Positions 53,947 to 64,000 of a stretch of DNA of 64,000 bases are shown in pieces. Each line of letters begins with the position of its first letter. The stretch's first letter is position 1. The stretch comes from a bacterium. GTDB lineage: Bacteria; UBA8248; JACPRG01; G963555815. The stretch spans positions 544,001 through 608,000 of the forward strand of contig OZ244653.1 of NCBI GenBank assembly GCA_965218795.1. The letters run 5' to 3'. The translations under genes and the position numbers were made by a program. A model generated the notes under the pieces. The model was not told where the DNA came from, did not search any database, and saw only the letters and a list, made by a program, of their open reading frames with translations.

Positions 53947-54221
53947 GAGGCATCATTGAACCCGTTGTTGACCAGTGCGACCAACTCCTGAACCATGGCG
54001 TCGGCATCGTCGCCTTCGGCTCGAAGGACAAGGCAGGACCCCTGGGAGGCACCCAACATCATGACTCCCATAATGCTTTTCCCGTTTACGCAGAGGTCTT
54101 TTTTTGAAACCACGATTTCGCTGCTATAGCGGTTGGTTACTTTGACGAAAGCGGCAGCGGGTCGGGCGTGTAAGCCCAACCGGTTGCGAATCTCAACTTC
54201 TGCTTCAACGACCGGATTCAA
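53943..54221 (-). CDS. ptsH: HPr phosphocarrier
   Basis: GLHARPA, NGKSIMG. Confidence 0.97.
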   Translation of the reverse strand: MNPVVEAEVEIRNRLGLHARPAAAFVKVTNRYSSEIVVSKKDLCVNGKSIMGVMMLGASQGSCLVLRAEGDDADAMVQELVALVNNGFNDAS

Positions 54222-54664
54222 TCTGCGGACTCCTCCATGTCAAGCATGTCGCCAGCCACGGTAATCGTCTTCTTCCCATAATCCCGGACAAATCCGGCGG
54301 CCTCCCGGAGGCCAAGCTTATCGAGGATAAATGGCAGCTTCAACAGCATGGGAAGGTTCACACCGGTCACGACCTCGATATTCCGTTGTTCAAGAAACGA
54401 CAGACTGATGTTACAGGGCGTACCGCCCAACATATCCGTCAGGAGTAATACGCCCTGTCCCCCATCCACTTTTCCAATCGCTTTTCCGATGGTTGCCCGG
54501 GCTTTCTCGACATCCACGTTCTGGTCGATATGGATGGCTTCGCACTGGGGGAATTCGCCAACGATGCTCTCCGCATTTTCCTTTAAAACCGAAGCCAGCG
54601 CGCCATGAGTCACGATCACCACGCCGATGGCGCTCGCGGCAGCCGTCTTTGATGGGCGGCTCAT
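54218..54664 (-). CDS. PTS EIIA, mannose/fructose type
   Basis: VTHG, LTDMLGGTPCN, GVNLPML. Confidence 0.93.
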   Translation of the reverse strand: MSRPSKTAAASAIGVVIVTHGALASVLKENAESIVGEFPQCEAIHIDQNVDVEKARATIGKAIGKVDGGQGVLLLTDMLGGTPCNISLSFLEQRNIEVVTGVNLPMLLKLPFILDKLGLREAAGFVRDYGKKTITVAGDMLDMEESAD

Positions 54665-54665
54665 T

Positions 54666-55622
54666 TCATTCCGGGCCTTGTTCAATGGAATCCGCCGCTT
54701 CCGTCATCCTCCTGAGGATGCCTTCTTGAAAAGACTCGGCAGAACGATGTCCCATATTTTTCAATAATTGGTTTCGCGCGGCCACCTCGACCAGGGTAGG
54801 AATGTTCCGTCCTGGCTTGACCGGGAGCCGAACATAAGGGAGTGGGATTCCGAGGATCTCGTAGGGATGTCCATCCAAACCGAGCCGGTCATATTCCTGA
54901 GCGGGATCCCACTCCTCGAGCAGGATGACCAGATCGACCTGTTTGACATCCCGAATGGAGACTACGCCGAATAGGTCCCGAATGTTCAGAATTCCCAACC
55001 CGCGAATTTCCATGTGATAGCGTCCGATTTCGAGACTTCGTCCGTTCAGCCGGTCACCGGTCCGGCGAATTTGCACGACGTCGTCCGCCACCAGACGGTG
55101 GCCGCGCTGGACCAGATGCAAGGCGCTCTCGCTTTTTCCAATTCCGCTTTTTCCCAAAATAAGGACGCCGACCCCATTGACATCGATCAGGACCCCATGC
55201 TCCGTCGTTACCGGCCCCAGTCGAGCCTCCAAGTACATGGAGAGATGAGAAATGACGAGAGAGCTTTGACTGCGCGAGCGGATCAGGGGAATGCCCGAAT
55301 TCTCGGCAGCCTCGATTAATTCGCTCGGAACATTCAGCCCTTTCGTCACGAAGAGGCAACAGATGGGATGCCCGCAGAAGTTCCGGATGGCCTCCCGGGC
55401 TCGTTCTTCCGGGAGAGTGGTCAGGTACTCAATCTCTGTCTCGCCCAAGACCTGTACACGGTCTGGATGAAAATTCTTGAAGAAATCTACAAATGCAAGG
55501 CTGTATTTTTGCAGCCGGGGATTCGGGATGAGGTTGTTCAACCCGCGCTCACCTGCAAGCAGCTCGAGATCCAGATATTCTCTCTGTTCCTCAAAGAGTT
55601 CCTGGACCGACAATTCCGTCAT
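54666..55622 (-). CDS. hprK: HPr kinase/phosphorylase
   Basis: HGVL, GKSGIGKSE, LVADD, MEIRGLG, PVKPGRN. Confidence 0.97.
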   Translation of the reverse strand: MTELSVQELFEEQREYLDLELLAGERGLNNLIPNPRLQKYSLAFVDFFKNFHPDRVQVLGETEIEYLTTLPEERAREAIRNFCGHPICCLFVTKGLNVPSELIEAAENSGIPLIRSRSQSSLVISHLSMYLEARLGPVTTEHGVLIDVNGVGVLILGKSGIGKSESALHLVQRGHRLVADDVVQIRRTGDRLNGRSLEIGRYHMEIRGLGILNIRDLFGVVSIRDVKQVDLVILLEEWDPAQEYDRLGLDGHPYEILGIPLPYVRLPVKPGRNIPTLVEVAARNQLLKNMGHRSAESFQEGILRRMTEAADSIEQGPE

Positions 55623-55856
55623 CTGGGTATCCTGGCCCCTTCCGCTCAGAAAAACCCGCCATCGGTCGGAGGGGACCTCTGGCCGCCCTTGACAGTCACG
55701 ATGAAATGGGCGGGACTCACCGGAAGGCCGAATCTTGCAGTTGCCCATCCCAAAGAGATTCGACTGACAGGCGCACTATCCTGCAGGTCAAATTCATTAT
55801 GTCTTCACAGATGTGCCTTGGTTTCAAAAGAACCGAATCTCGGGCCACCCATCGAG

Positions 55857-56432
55857 TCAGCTTGGCTTGGGTGCGATAAGTCCTATTTGTCCGTCTCCAA
55901 GGTAGTAGACAATGTTTATTTCTTCAGTTTCGGAGTTTCGAAACACGAAAAATTTATGATTCTGAGCGGACAACTGAAGGGTTGCCTCCTCGATTGACAT
56001 GGGCTTGATGGGCACATGTGAAATCTTCGCAACCGGCGGTGCTTTTCCCAATGGATGGGGTTCGTCCGGCTCCTCTTCGAAGGTTTCCTCCATCACTTCG
56101 GATTGGGACTTCGTCGCTTCCGATTCCCTCTGGTTTTCCCGGATCCGGTTGGAGCCGCGGCGTGTCTTGTGCTTCTCGATTTGTCTCCTCAATTTTTCCA
56201 CCGTATTGTCTACGGCGATATGGAGGTCATTGCTAACATCTTCCCCATGAAACTTGAATCCGTTCCCGAGAAGTGTGATCTCGGCCCCTTGCCGGTATTT
56301 CTCGACGGAAAGCACAACATTGGCTGAGGTTGCACTGTCCAGCAACCGCTCGAGTTTTTGAACGCGCTCCTCGACATGATTCCTCAACGCGTCAGTCAAA
56401 TGGGTGTGTCGCGCGGTAATTTTCACCTGCAT
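55857..56432 (-). CDS. hpf: Ribosome hibernation factor (long HPF/RaiA)
   Basis: MQVKITARH, KLRRQIEKHK, KPMSIEEA..FFVFRN. Confidence 0.95.
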   Translation of the reverse strand: MQVKITARHTHLTDALRNHVEERVQKLERLLDSATSANVVLSVEKYRQGAEITLLGNGFKFHGEDVSNDLHIAVDNTVEKLRRQIEKHKTRRGSNRIRENQRESEATKSQSEVMEETFEEEPDEPHPLGKAPPVAKISHVPIKPMSIEEATLQLSAQNHKFFVFRNSETEEINIVYYLGDGQIGLIAPKPS

Positions 56433-56580
56433 GCTTGATTCTCCTCCTTATTCCCGATTCCATGCGCAACAAAGTCATCCCCCCGCAGAGCGAGGTTATC
56501 ATGTCTGTTCGATAGGGAAAAGAATGCGTCAACTGGATGGGTTGAAAGTTTGCGAAAGATAACGGAGGCCGGAAATGCGT

Positions 56581-57925
56581 TCAGAAAGCGACGCGTTTAC
56601 GTCTGCTTGCAGGAGGAATCTTTAATTCTTTTCGATACTTTGTCACTGTTCTACGCGCGATTTCAATGTTTCTCGCCTTGAGCAGGTCTGCGATCTTTTG
56701 GTCTGTCAAAGGGTTCTGTGCGTCTTCGTCGTCCACCGAATGCCGAATCTGCTCCTTCACGGATACGGACGATGTACTCTCTCCCAATCTGGATTTCAGC
56801 TCGCTGTGGAAAAAGAATTTCAATTGATGAATCCCTTGCGGCGTATGCATGTATTTACCGGTTGTGGCTCGGCTGACGGTGGATTCATGCATGCCGATAT
56901 CCATCGCAACGTCTCGCAAGACCAACGGCCGCAAAGCCTGTATCCCGTAATCCAGGAAATCTCGCTGAAACCGGACAATGCTGCGCGACACCTTCATGAG
57001 CGTCTGTCGCCGCTGTTCGATGCTTTTGAGGAGCCATAGGGCGGACCGGAGTCGGTCCTCCAGATATTGTTTCGTTTCGCCTTGATTCTTGTTGCGCAAA
57101 AGCACCCATAAGCAGAGTTGATTCGGAGGCGGGGCATTCCGTCCTCATTGAGGAAAATCTGATATTCTTCGCCGGGCCCATTTGCAGTCTTGAATACATA
57201 GACGTCGGGGTAAACATACTCCGGCTGCGTTTCATCGAAGCGAAGTCCGGGCCGTGGATTGAGCGAGCGGATCAGGCGAACGGCCTCAAGCACATCGGTA
57301 ATGTCCGCCCCCACGGAGCGCGCAACTTTGGGGACAAAACGGTCTTCGAGCTGATCCAGATGGTTTTCCAGGAGTTCATGGATCAGGTCATCGACAATTC
57401 CAAGGGATCTCACCTGGAGGAAAAGGCATTCCTTCAAGGATCGGGCCGAAAGTATCCATCGTCAGCCAGATTCCCTATGATTTCTACGGCTATCGGTTTC
57501 AAGTCTTCCGAAATATCAGAGAGAGACAGCTGCCAAAGGAGGTGTTCAGCGAGGGTTGTGTCTTTACGAAGGCGGTTTTCAAGAGAGGAGAACTCCGACT
57601 GGTCGCCTTCGTGATATCCCATGTCCAGGTTGCTGTCGAAATAGGCCGTCAGGTCGCTCTCCAACTCATCCCGACCGGACTCCGACGGTGAAGCGGTCAG
57701 GTCCATGCTCCCGCTTTCCCATTCGGGTGCGACGTCGTAACCTTCCTCTTCAGCCTGACCGTCTTCCAGGAAAGGGTTTTCTACCATTTCCTGGCGAATT
57801 TTAAGGATGAGTTCCTGGCGGGTCAGGGGAAGCAGCTTGATGGCCTGCTGGAGCATGGCCGTCATCACTAGCTTCTGACTCAGGTTCTGGAACTGGCCGA
57901 GCCTTGGCCCTACGTCCATGGCCAT
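56581..57925 (-). pseudogene. rpoN: Sigma-54, disrupted by a deletion/frameshift (~57440) and a second frameshift (~57110)
   Basis: LQQAIKLL, ENPFLE, DDGY joined directly to ARSLKECL, HESTVSR, RpoN box ARRTVTKYR; spread over three frames. Confidence 0.92.
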
Positions 57926-57975
57926 TGTAGAACTCCCCCATAATCCCGACCGAGCAGTGATCGGGACCCTGCAAA

Positions 57976-58695
57976 TCAGTTTCCGAGTGAGAAGTGCTCG
58001 CCGAGATAAATGTCGCGGGCCTTTTGGCTTTTCGCAATTTTTTCGGGCGACCCGCTTTCCAATATTACTCCCTCATTTAAAATGTATGCCCGATCGACAA
58101 TTTGAAGCGTCTCCCGCACATTATGATCGGTGATCAGTACGCCAATCCCCAAGTTTTTCAACTGAACCACCATGTTTTGTATGTCCCCAACGACGATGGG
58201 GTCAATTCCGGCAAAGGGCTCGTCCAGAAGTATGAAAAGAGGCTCGGTGGCTAATGCCCTGCAGATCTCCACCCTGCGCCGCTCACCTCCTGAAAGAGAG
58301 AACCCCTTGCTCTTCCGGACATGGAAAATGTTCAACTCTTCCATGAGGTCCCGGGCCTTCTTCTTCCGCGCTTGGCGTCCCAATCCCTGAGTCTCGAGAA
58401 TGGCGAGAATGTTCTCCTCAACGGTTAATTTACGAAAAACCGAAGGCTCCTGCGGCAAATAACCAATTCCCATTCGGGCGCGTTGGAACATGGGCAAGTC
58501 GGAAACATCCTTATCGTTCAAGATCACCTTGCCCTCGTCCTGGCGGATCAATCCTACGACCATGTAGAAACTCGTGGTCTTTCCCGCTCCGTTTGGGCCC
58601 AAGAGCCCAACGATCTCTCCAGGACGGATGTCCAGGCTGACGTTATTGACGACTCGACGATTTCGAAACGACTTTACGAGTCCGCGGGTCGCCAG
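57976..58695 (-). CDS. lptB: LPS export ATPase LptB (no canonical start codon; CTG at 58695?)
   Basis: [52 protein letters not shown]. Confidence 0.93.
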   Translation of the reverse strand: MATRGLVKSFRNRRVVNNVSLDIRPGEIVGLLGPNGAGKTTSFYMVVGLIRQDEGKVILNDKDVSDLPMFQRARMGIGYLPQEPSVFRKLTVEENILAILETQGLGRQARKKKARDLMEELNIFHVRKSKGFSLSGGERRRVEICRALATEPLFILLDEPFAGIDPIVVGDIQNMVVQLKNLGIGVLITDHNVRETLQIVDRAYILNEGVILESGSPEKIAKSQKARDIYLGEHFSLGN

Positions 58696-59317
58696 TTGTC
58701 TTTTTTGCTTGGGACAAGTCTCTTCCGTTCCCGGATTTTTTCTGGGCGGAGGGTTTTTTGTCGTTGGTTGAACCGCGGCCCTGATTTCTTACGTTCTCCT
58801 TCGTGGGATAAAGAACAACATCTACGCGGCGATTACGGTTAGAGTCTCCTTGCACGATTAATTGGTCGGTCTTCAGATAGAAGCTCATCTTATGGCCGAC
58901 GATGATGTTGTCGTTCTCCCAGACCTTCGGGTTTCCGAGGAGAACGATCTTCTGTTCACCGTCATAATACACGGCCTTGTCCGCCGTTGCATACTTGCCT
59001 TCCCGGCTTATGTCCACACGACCTATCGCCTCGATACGGTCGATCTTCTCCGTCTTTGCGTTCCTGTAAACTTCGAGACGGTCGCTGTGGATAACAAGGG
59101 CGCCCCGGGTCGCCGTGACATTACCGATGAAATGGACCCACAGGTTCTTGTTGTCGGCGACCATTCGGTCCGACACAATGTGAATGGGAACTTCTTCTTT
59201 GATAGTCTTATTTTGAAGGAGGCTTTGGGCCACGACTGTTGTGACCGGTCCGACCGCCGGTAACACACAGAATATAAGAATACCCGTCAACGTTTTGACA
59301 ATACAGGATTTTTTCAA
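58643..59317 (-). CDS. lptA: LPS transport periplasmic protein LptA
   Basis: Signal peptide, [25 protein letters not shown] (OstA fold); lies between lptC and lptB. Confidence 0.88.
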   Translation of the reverse strand: MKKSCIVKTLTGILIFCVLPAVGPVTTVVAQSLLQNKTIKEEVPIHIVSDRMVADNKNLWVHFIGNVTATRGALVIHSDRLEVYRNAKTEKIDRIEAIGRVDISREGKYATADKAVYYDGEQKIVLLGNPKVWENDNIIVGHKMSFYLKTDQLIVQGDSNRNRRVDVVLYPTKENVRNQGRGSTNDKKPSAQKKSGNGRDLSQAKKTTGDPRTRKVVSKSSSRQ

Positions 59318-59913
59318 TTTTTTTTCTTCCCTGTGGGTTTCCAATCCTTGAATGCAACCGGGATGAAGTTCGCTTTCACTTTGTTCTCGAGCCAAAACCG
59401 CTGCTCGTCAACCTTCACGCGCAACCCGTTCCCAATCAGCCTGAACGTCTTCCCGGCGATCCAAACCGGTCTTTTCGTCACGATCTCTCGTTGCTCGTTG
59501 CGCCAACGTAATTCTTCGGTTCGAAGGGTGTATCCATCTTCGGAAACGACCTCCACATTTCCACGAATCCGGATATCTTTGGATTCGTTGTCGAGTTCTC
59601 CGGTCTCTCCGGTAATATGTACCGGTTTTCGGCCCTCGACAAACACTTTCACACGAATGTCCTCTAGCAGGGTCTTGTTATTTTCGTGGTACATTTGTGC
59701 CCATTCGGCTTTGAGCTCCCATACTTTGGCCCCCCCTTTGTCCTCCGTGAGAAAAACATCCTTGAGGCGCAAGTCCGCATCCGTGCCTGCAAGCTCGAAG
59801 CGCTTGGGCAGAAACCGTTCTTGCGTGTTGGTCAAAAGGAAGAATGCGACACTCGCGAGAACTGATCCAATAAGCAGAAGAAGCCAAAAACGAACACTTT
59901 TCAACAAAGGCAT
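59314..59913 (-). CDS. lptC: LPS export protein LptC
   Basis: N-terminal TM, WELKA..A, GNVEV..GYTLRTEEL.W; synteny with lptA/lptB. Confidence 0.88.
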   Translation of the reverse strand: MPLLKSVRFWLLLLIGSVLASVAFFLLTNTQERFLPKRFELAGTDADLRLKDVFLTEDKGGAKVWELKAEWAQMYHENNKTLLEDIRVKVFVEGRKPVHITGETGELDNESKDIRIRGNVEVVSEDGYTLRTEELRWRNEQREIVTKRPVWIAGKTFRLIGNGLRVKVDEQRFWLENKVKANFIPVAFKDWKPTGKKKN

Positions 59914-59983
59914 TGCAGAAACAACTCCCTTCCATCCAAGTTATGTCACAAAGCTGCAAGGCTGTAAAGACAGAAGGTTCAAG

Positions 59984-60595
59984 TCATGGCCGCTCGAAAG
60001 GGGGCGTGTATTCTTCAGAGGCGGAACACGATTGGGGGGAGGGCATAACGGTATCGGAATCAGAAGAAATGGCCTGGATCAGGCTCTGATGCCTTGCCCC
60101 GAAAGCCTGTATCAGGAATGTTCGGGTTTCCGGTGTTTCTATTTGAATATGGATTTCCATCCGGCCCTCGGGTGTCAAATCTTCAAGCTTTTCGGCCCAT
60201 TCGATGATCACCGCACCCGATGAAGATTCGGAAACCATGCCCAGCAGTTCATCCAGACCGATATCGGCGATTTCCTTCCGGGAACCGATCCGGTAAAGAT
60301 CGACGTGGTAGATCGTGAAGGGTCCGGAATACTGATTGATGAGGGTAAATGTAGGGCTTCGAACACCCTTGGAGGTTCCCCTCACCCCTTCCGAAATACC
60401 CCTTGTCATAAGGGTCTTGCCCGACCCAAGGGTTCCAAAGATGCTGAGGATATGCCCCGCCGACAGATGCCTGCCGATCCGCCGCCCCAACGAAAGGGTT
60501 TCTTCCTCACAAGTCGAGAAATAACGGAAGATTCTTTCGTTTCCGGCGATACCGGTATCAAGAGATTGGACAATCTTGGAAGGGTCCGCGTTCAT
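59984..60595 (-). CDS. tsaE: tRNA threonylcarbamoyladenosine biosynthesis ATPase
   Basis: GTLGSGKT, SPTFTL, HVDLYR, IIEWA. Confidence 0.95.
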   Translation of the reverse strand: MNADPSKIVQSLDTGIAGNERIFRYFSTCEEETLSLGRRIGRHLSAGHILSIFGTLGSGKTLMTRGISEGVRGTSKGVRSPTFTLINQYSGPFTIYHVDLYRIGSRKEIADIGLDELLGMVSESSSGAVIIEWAEKLEDLTPEGRMEIHIQIETPETRTFLIQAFGARHQSLIQAISSDSDTVMPSPQSCSASEEYTPPFERP

Positions 60596-62181
60596 TCCTC
60601 CTCTCCACCCATTGAGGTGAGCTCTCTTGAGCGGATCAATCTTTCCCGGGCTTCAGGAAGCAGGCGCATCACGTCCGAGGCGAGGATCCCCCGTCCTCCC
60701 ATCTTCATGGCCGCCATATCCCCCGCCAGCCCATGCAAGTGGACGGCCGCCCGTAACGCATCGGCCGGAGGAAGTCCCTGTGCGAGGAGCGAGCCCGCCG
60801 CACCCGCCAGCACGTCGCCCGTACCGCCGGACGCCAGGGCCGGATTTCCGCTCATGTTGATCCAAACCTCTCCATTCGGGGAGGCCAGAACGGTTCCAGC
60901 TCCTTTGAGGGCGACCTCGACGGCCTTCTCATTCGAGAATTCACGGGCGGTTTCGATCCGATTCGCCTGCACCGATTCCAAGGTTTGACCTGTCAACCTG
61001 GAGATCTCTCCCGGGTGTGGCGTCAAGCAGAGCGGAGCGGATACTTGGCTCCACGCTTCGAAGCCCGACGCCATGGCATTTAATCCATCAGCGTCTACCA
61101 CCATGGGCCTGTCGCACTGGAGCAGCCAATCGTGGACGAACGACACGGTTTCTTCCTGTGTTGTGATCCCCGGTCCGATCACTACGGCATCCATCCCTGA
61201 CGCGGCCGTCAGTCCAGGCTGCAGGCCTTCCACCGAGAATGTACCTGAGGCAGTTGAGGGTAAGGGGAGACTCATGATTTCGGGGGGGGCGGGCCCCAGC
61301 GTAACGGCCGCCTCCGGGTAGGCCAAGGTGACCAAACCGGCGCCCGAGCGAAGGGCTGCTTCAGCAGCCATGAAAGCCGCGCCCATCTTTCCCGTCGATC
61401 CGGCAACAACGAGGACATGGCCGAAGGTTCCCTTGTGGGCGTCGGCCGGGTAGGTGGGAAACAGCGAAGCCGCTTCGCCGGCTTCGAGTAGAAAAGTCTG
61501 TACGCCTTGGGCGCCCGCCGCGGCCCGCGGAATCCCGATGTCGGCGATAACGAGGCGTCCGGAATAATCCGGTCCAGGGTGAAGGATGTGCCCCCGCTTT
61601 GGAAATCCAAAGGTGACAGTCAGGTCGGCCCGCAAGGCGATTTCCATGGGTCGTCCCGTATCGGCATGAAGGCCCGAAGGGATATCAACGGCTGTGATAG
61701 GCGTCTCCCTCCGGGAAATGGCGGAGAGAGCCGTGGCAACATGGCCACGGGGGGCGGAGGTGAGACCTGTCCCGAATACCGCATCGACCCAGAGATCCAC
61801 GTCACGAAAACTCTCTTTGCTCCGGAGGACGGCTTCTTCGTCCGGCAGGACCTGAATGTGGATCCCCATCCGCCTCGCGCTGTCGAGGTGGGTGCGGGCG
61901 TCGCCGACGGATGCATCCGTATCGAACAGACAGTACACACATACACGCGAGCCCAGATTATGGAGGTGCCGGGCGATCACATAACCGTCACCACCGTTGT
62001 TTCCCTTGCCGGTCAGAATGCCGATCCGACGGCCTTCCAGCTCTCCATACCGCTCCTGCATGGTGCGGACTACGCATACGCCGGCGTTTTCCATCAGGCA
62101 TACGCCGGGAATTCCGTACTCTTCGATGGCGCGGCGGTCGATGCCGGCCATCTCCTCGGCCGTAACCAGGAGTGGAGGCAT
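60592..62181 (-). CDS. nnr: Bifunctional NAD(P)H-hydrate epimerase/dehydratase
   Basis: LMENAG, GKGNNGGDG, DIPSG, HKGTFG, TPHPGE, GGTGDVL. Confidence 0.96.
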   Translation of the reverse strand: MPPLLVTAEEMAGIDRRAIEEYGIPGVCLMENAGVCVVRTMQERYGELEGRRIGILTGKGNNGGDGYVIARHLHNLGSRVCVYCLFDTDASVGDARTHLDSARRMGIHIQVLPDEEAVLRSKESFRDVDLWVDAVFGTGLTSAPRGHVATALSAISRRETPITAVDIPSGLHADTGRPMEIALRADLTVTFGFPKRGHILHPGPDYSGRLVIADIGIPRAAAGAQGVQTFLLEAGEAASLFPTYPADAHKGTFGHVLVVAGSTGKMGAAFMAAEAALRSGAGLVTLAYPEAAVTLGPAPPEIMSLPLPSTASGTFSVEGLQPGLTAASGMDAVVIGPGITTQEETVSFVHDWLLQCDRPMVVDADGLNAMASGFEAWSQVSAPLCLTPHPGEISRLTGQTLESVQANRIETAREFSNEKAVEVALKGAGTVLASPNGEVWINMSGNPALASGGTGDVLAGAAGSLLAQGLPPADALRAAVHLHGLAGDMAAMKMGGRGILASDVMRLLPEARERLIRSRELTSMGGEEE

Positions 62182-62185
62182 AAGA

Positions 62186-62932
62186 TTACTCGGAGATTTC
62201 TCTGGATTCCCCGGACGCGTTTTCGATGAGCGTCACCATGTCCCGAACGGCAATCTCCATGCCGGAAAATATGGACCGGGACACGATACTGTGACCGATA
62301 TTCAGTTCCAAAATCTCCGGAACCGCGGCCACCCGGGTGACATTGAGGTAGGTCAGGCCATGACCGGCGTGAACTCCGAGCCCTTGGTCCGCGGCCCTTC
62401 GGACACCCGTGAGGATGGTCTCAACTTCTTGATCGCTCTCCGCGGGCGTCTTTGCTTCCGAATAGGCGGCCGTGTTGATTTCAACGAAATCCGATCCCAG
62501 GCGCTTTGCGCTGTCAATCTGGTCTGGGTGGGGGTCGATGAAGAGGCTCACCTGTATTCCGGCTTCGTGAAGACGGGAAATATAGGGCTTGATCCTTTCT
62601 TCCTGGCCAGCGGCGTCCAGTCCGCCTTCGGTGGTGACTTCTTCGCGCCTCTCGGGAACGAGGGACGCTTGGTCCGGCTTCACGTCGAGAGCGAATTGAA
62701 GCATTTCGTCTGCAGCGGCCATCTCCAGATTGAGCTTTCCCCGAACGGTCTCACGCAGCAGGCGAACATCCCGATCCTGGATGTGCCTTCGGTCCTCCCG
62801 CAAGTGGACTGTGATTCCAATCGCCCCTGCGAGTTCCGACTGGACGGCCGCCCAAACCGGATCGGGCTCGACCGTTCTGCGGGCTTGCCGCACGGTGGCC
62901 ACGTGATCGACGTTGACGCAGAGATGTGCCAT
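62186..62932 (-). CDS. pdxJ: Pyridoxine 5'-phosphate synthase
   Basis: [39 protein letters not shown]. Confidence 0.98.
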   Translation of the reverse strand: MAHLCVNVDHVATVRQARRTVEPDPVWAAVQSELAGAIGITVHLREDRRHIQDRDVRLLRETVRGKLNLEMAAADEMLQFALDVKPDQASLVPERREEVTTEGGLDAAGQEERIKPYISRLHEAGIQVSLFIDPHPDQIDSAKRLGSDFVEINTAAYSEAKTPAESDQEVETILTGVRRAADQGLGVHAGHGLTYLNVTRVAAVPEILELNIGHSIVSRSIFSGMEIAVRDMVTLIENASGESREISE

Positions 62933-63018
62933 ATGGGTGAAGGGCGCAGGGGGGCCGTCAGGGAGGCGGGATTCGCAGGGGGAGCGTCGTTTTCATGATG
63001 TTCGGCCCTCAATGGTGC

Positions 63019-64000
63019 TCAGGCGGGCTGCTCACTCGGCGGCACGGGAGGAATCTTGCCGGACACAGGCGTTTCCGACGGAGCCTCGGACTCCTCTCCG
63101 CCCTCATCCGGCTCGGTTTCGTCCTTGATCGGCAGTGGGGGCAGTGTATCGCCCCGAATCAGCATGTCTACCTCATTCCCATCAATGGATTCCCTCTCCA
63201 TGAGGGCTTCGGTGATGGCTTCCAGCGCGTCCCGGTTTTCTCGAATGATGGTTTCCGCGCGCTCGTAGCCACCCATGACAATACACTTGATTGCTTCGTC
63301 GATAGACTCGGCGGTTTTCTCGCTGTAGTCTTTGCCCCGCTGGATTTCACGCCCCAGGAAGATCGCCTCGTCCTCTTTGCCGAACGATAGAGGCCCGAGC
63401 TTCTCGCTCATGCCCCATTCGCAGACCATCTTTCGGGCCTGCAGGGTCGCACGCTCAATGTCATTGGCCGCCCCCTGGCTTTCCAGATTGAGGATGAACT
63501 GCTCGGCCGCCCGTCCACCCATGAGGATGGCAATCTCTCCCTGGAGGAAGCCCTTGTCACGGTTATACCGATCCTCGACCGGAAGGGCATGCGTGAGGCC
63601 CAGCGCCATTCCGCGAGGGATGATGGTGACCTTGTGGATCGGGTCGCTCCCTGAGATCAGCTTGGAGACGAGAGCGTGGCCGGCTTCGTGGACCGCGGTC
63701 ACCCGCTTTTCCTCTTCACTGATCACCATGCTCCGCCGCTCTTTGCCCATCATGACTTTGTCTTTGGCGTATTCCAGATCGTTCATGCCGACGAATTTCT
63801 TTCCCTGGCCGGCGGCATATAGCGCCGCTTCATTGACGAGGTTGGCCAGGTCGGCCCCGGAAAATCCAGGAGTTCCCCTGGCCACGATCTGGAGGTCAAC
63901 GTTCTTGGCCGTTGGGACATTCTTACCGTGCACCTTGAGGATGCCGAAGCGTCCTTTGATGTCAGGGCGCGGAACCACCACGCGCCGATCGAACCGACCG
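63019..64000 (-). CDS. ftsH: ATP-dependent Zn metalloprotease FtsH (3' part; runs off window end)
   Basis: [38 protein letters not shown]. Confidence 0.98.
   Translation of the reverse strand, partial: GRFDRRVVVPRPDIKGRFGILKVHGKNVPTAKNVDLQIVARGTPGFSGADLANLVNEAALYAAGQGKKFVGMNDLEYAKDKVMMGKERRSMVISEEEKRVTAVHEAGHALVSKLISGSDPIHKVTIIPRGMALGLTHALPVEDRYNRDKGFLQGEIAILMGGRAAEQFILNLESQGAANDIERATLQARKMVCEWGMSEKLGPLSFGKEDEAIFLGREIQRGKDYSEKTAESIDEAIKCIVMGGYERAETIIRENRDALEAITEALMERESIDGNEVDMLIRGDTLPPLPIKDETEPDEGGEESEAPSETPVSGKIPPVPPSEQPA

Overview
GC-rich bacterial chromosome window in two parts. (1) About 1-13.5 kb is a decayed accessory island. It holds a cro/cI-like remnant, a Tat-exported vanadium haloperoxidase-like gene co-oriented with a porin gene, a Cre-like tyrosine recombinase, IS1182/IS30/IS3 debris, a damaged tRNA-Asn, a Y-family DNA polymerase with a coupled Zn-ribbon ORF, and a HEPN-motif gene. 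The strongest new observation is a ~190-bp segment (4092-4282) containing a sigma70 promoter and bounded by two lox-like sites with the same asymmetric spacer in inverted orientation. It lies between the recombinase and the haloperoxidase-porin operon and is a candidate invertible-promoter switch (inference, untested). (2) About 13.7-64 kb is mostly core and metabolic genes: eno, fbaB, tRNA-Ala, lpdA, ETF with acyl-CoA dehydrogenase and an Fe-S oxidoreductase, a Mo-hydroxylase cluster, mrp, ahcY, metK, PTS genes, hpf, rpoN, lptBAC, tsaE, nnr, pdxJ and partial ftsH. Two UGA-containing selenoprotein candidates are broken at the UGA in the ORF track: an intact ArsC-like UxxC protein and a decayed CoA-disulfide reductase/NADH oxidase. 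Pseudogenes are frequent, including rpoN, which suggests ongoing genome erosion. All calls come from reading motifs by eye; no database searches were run.
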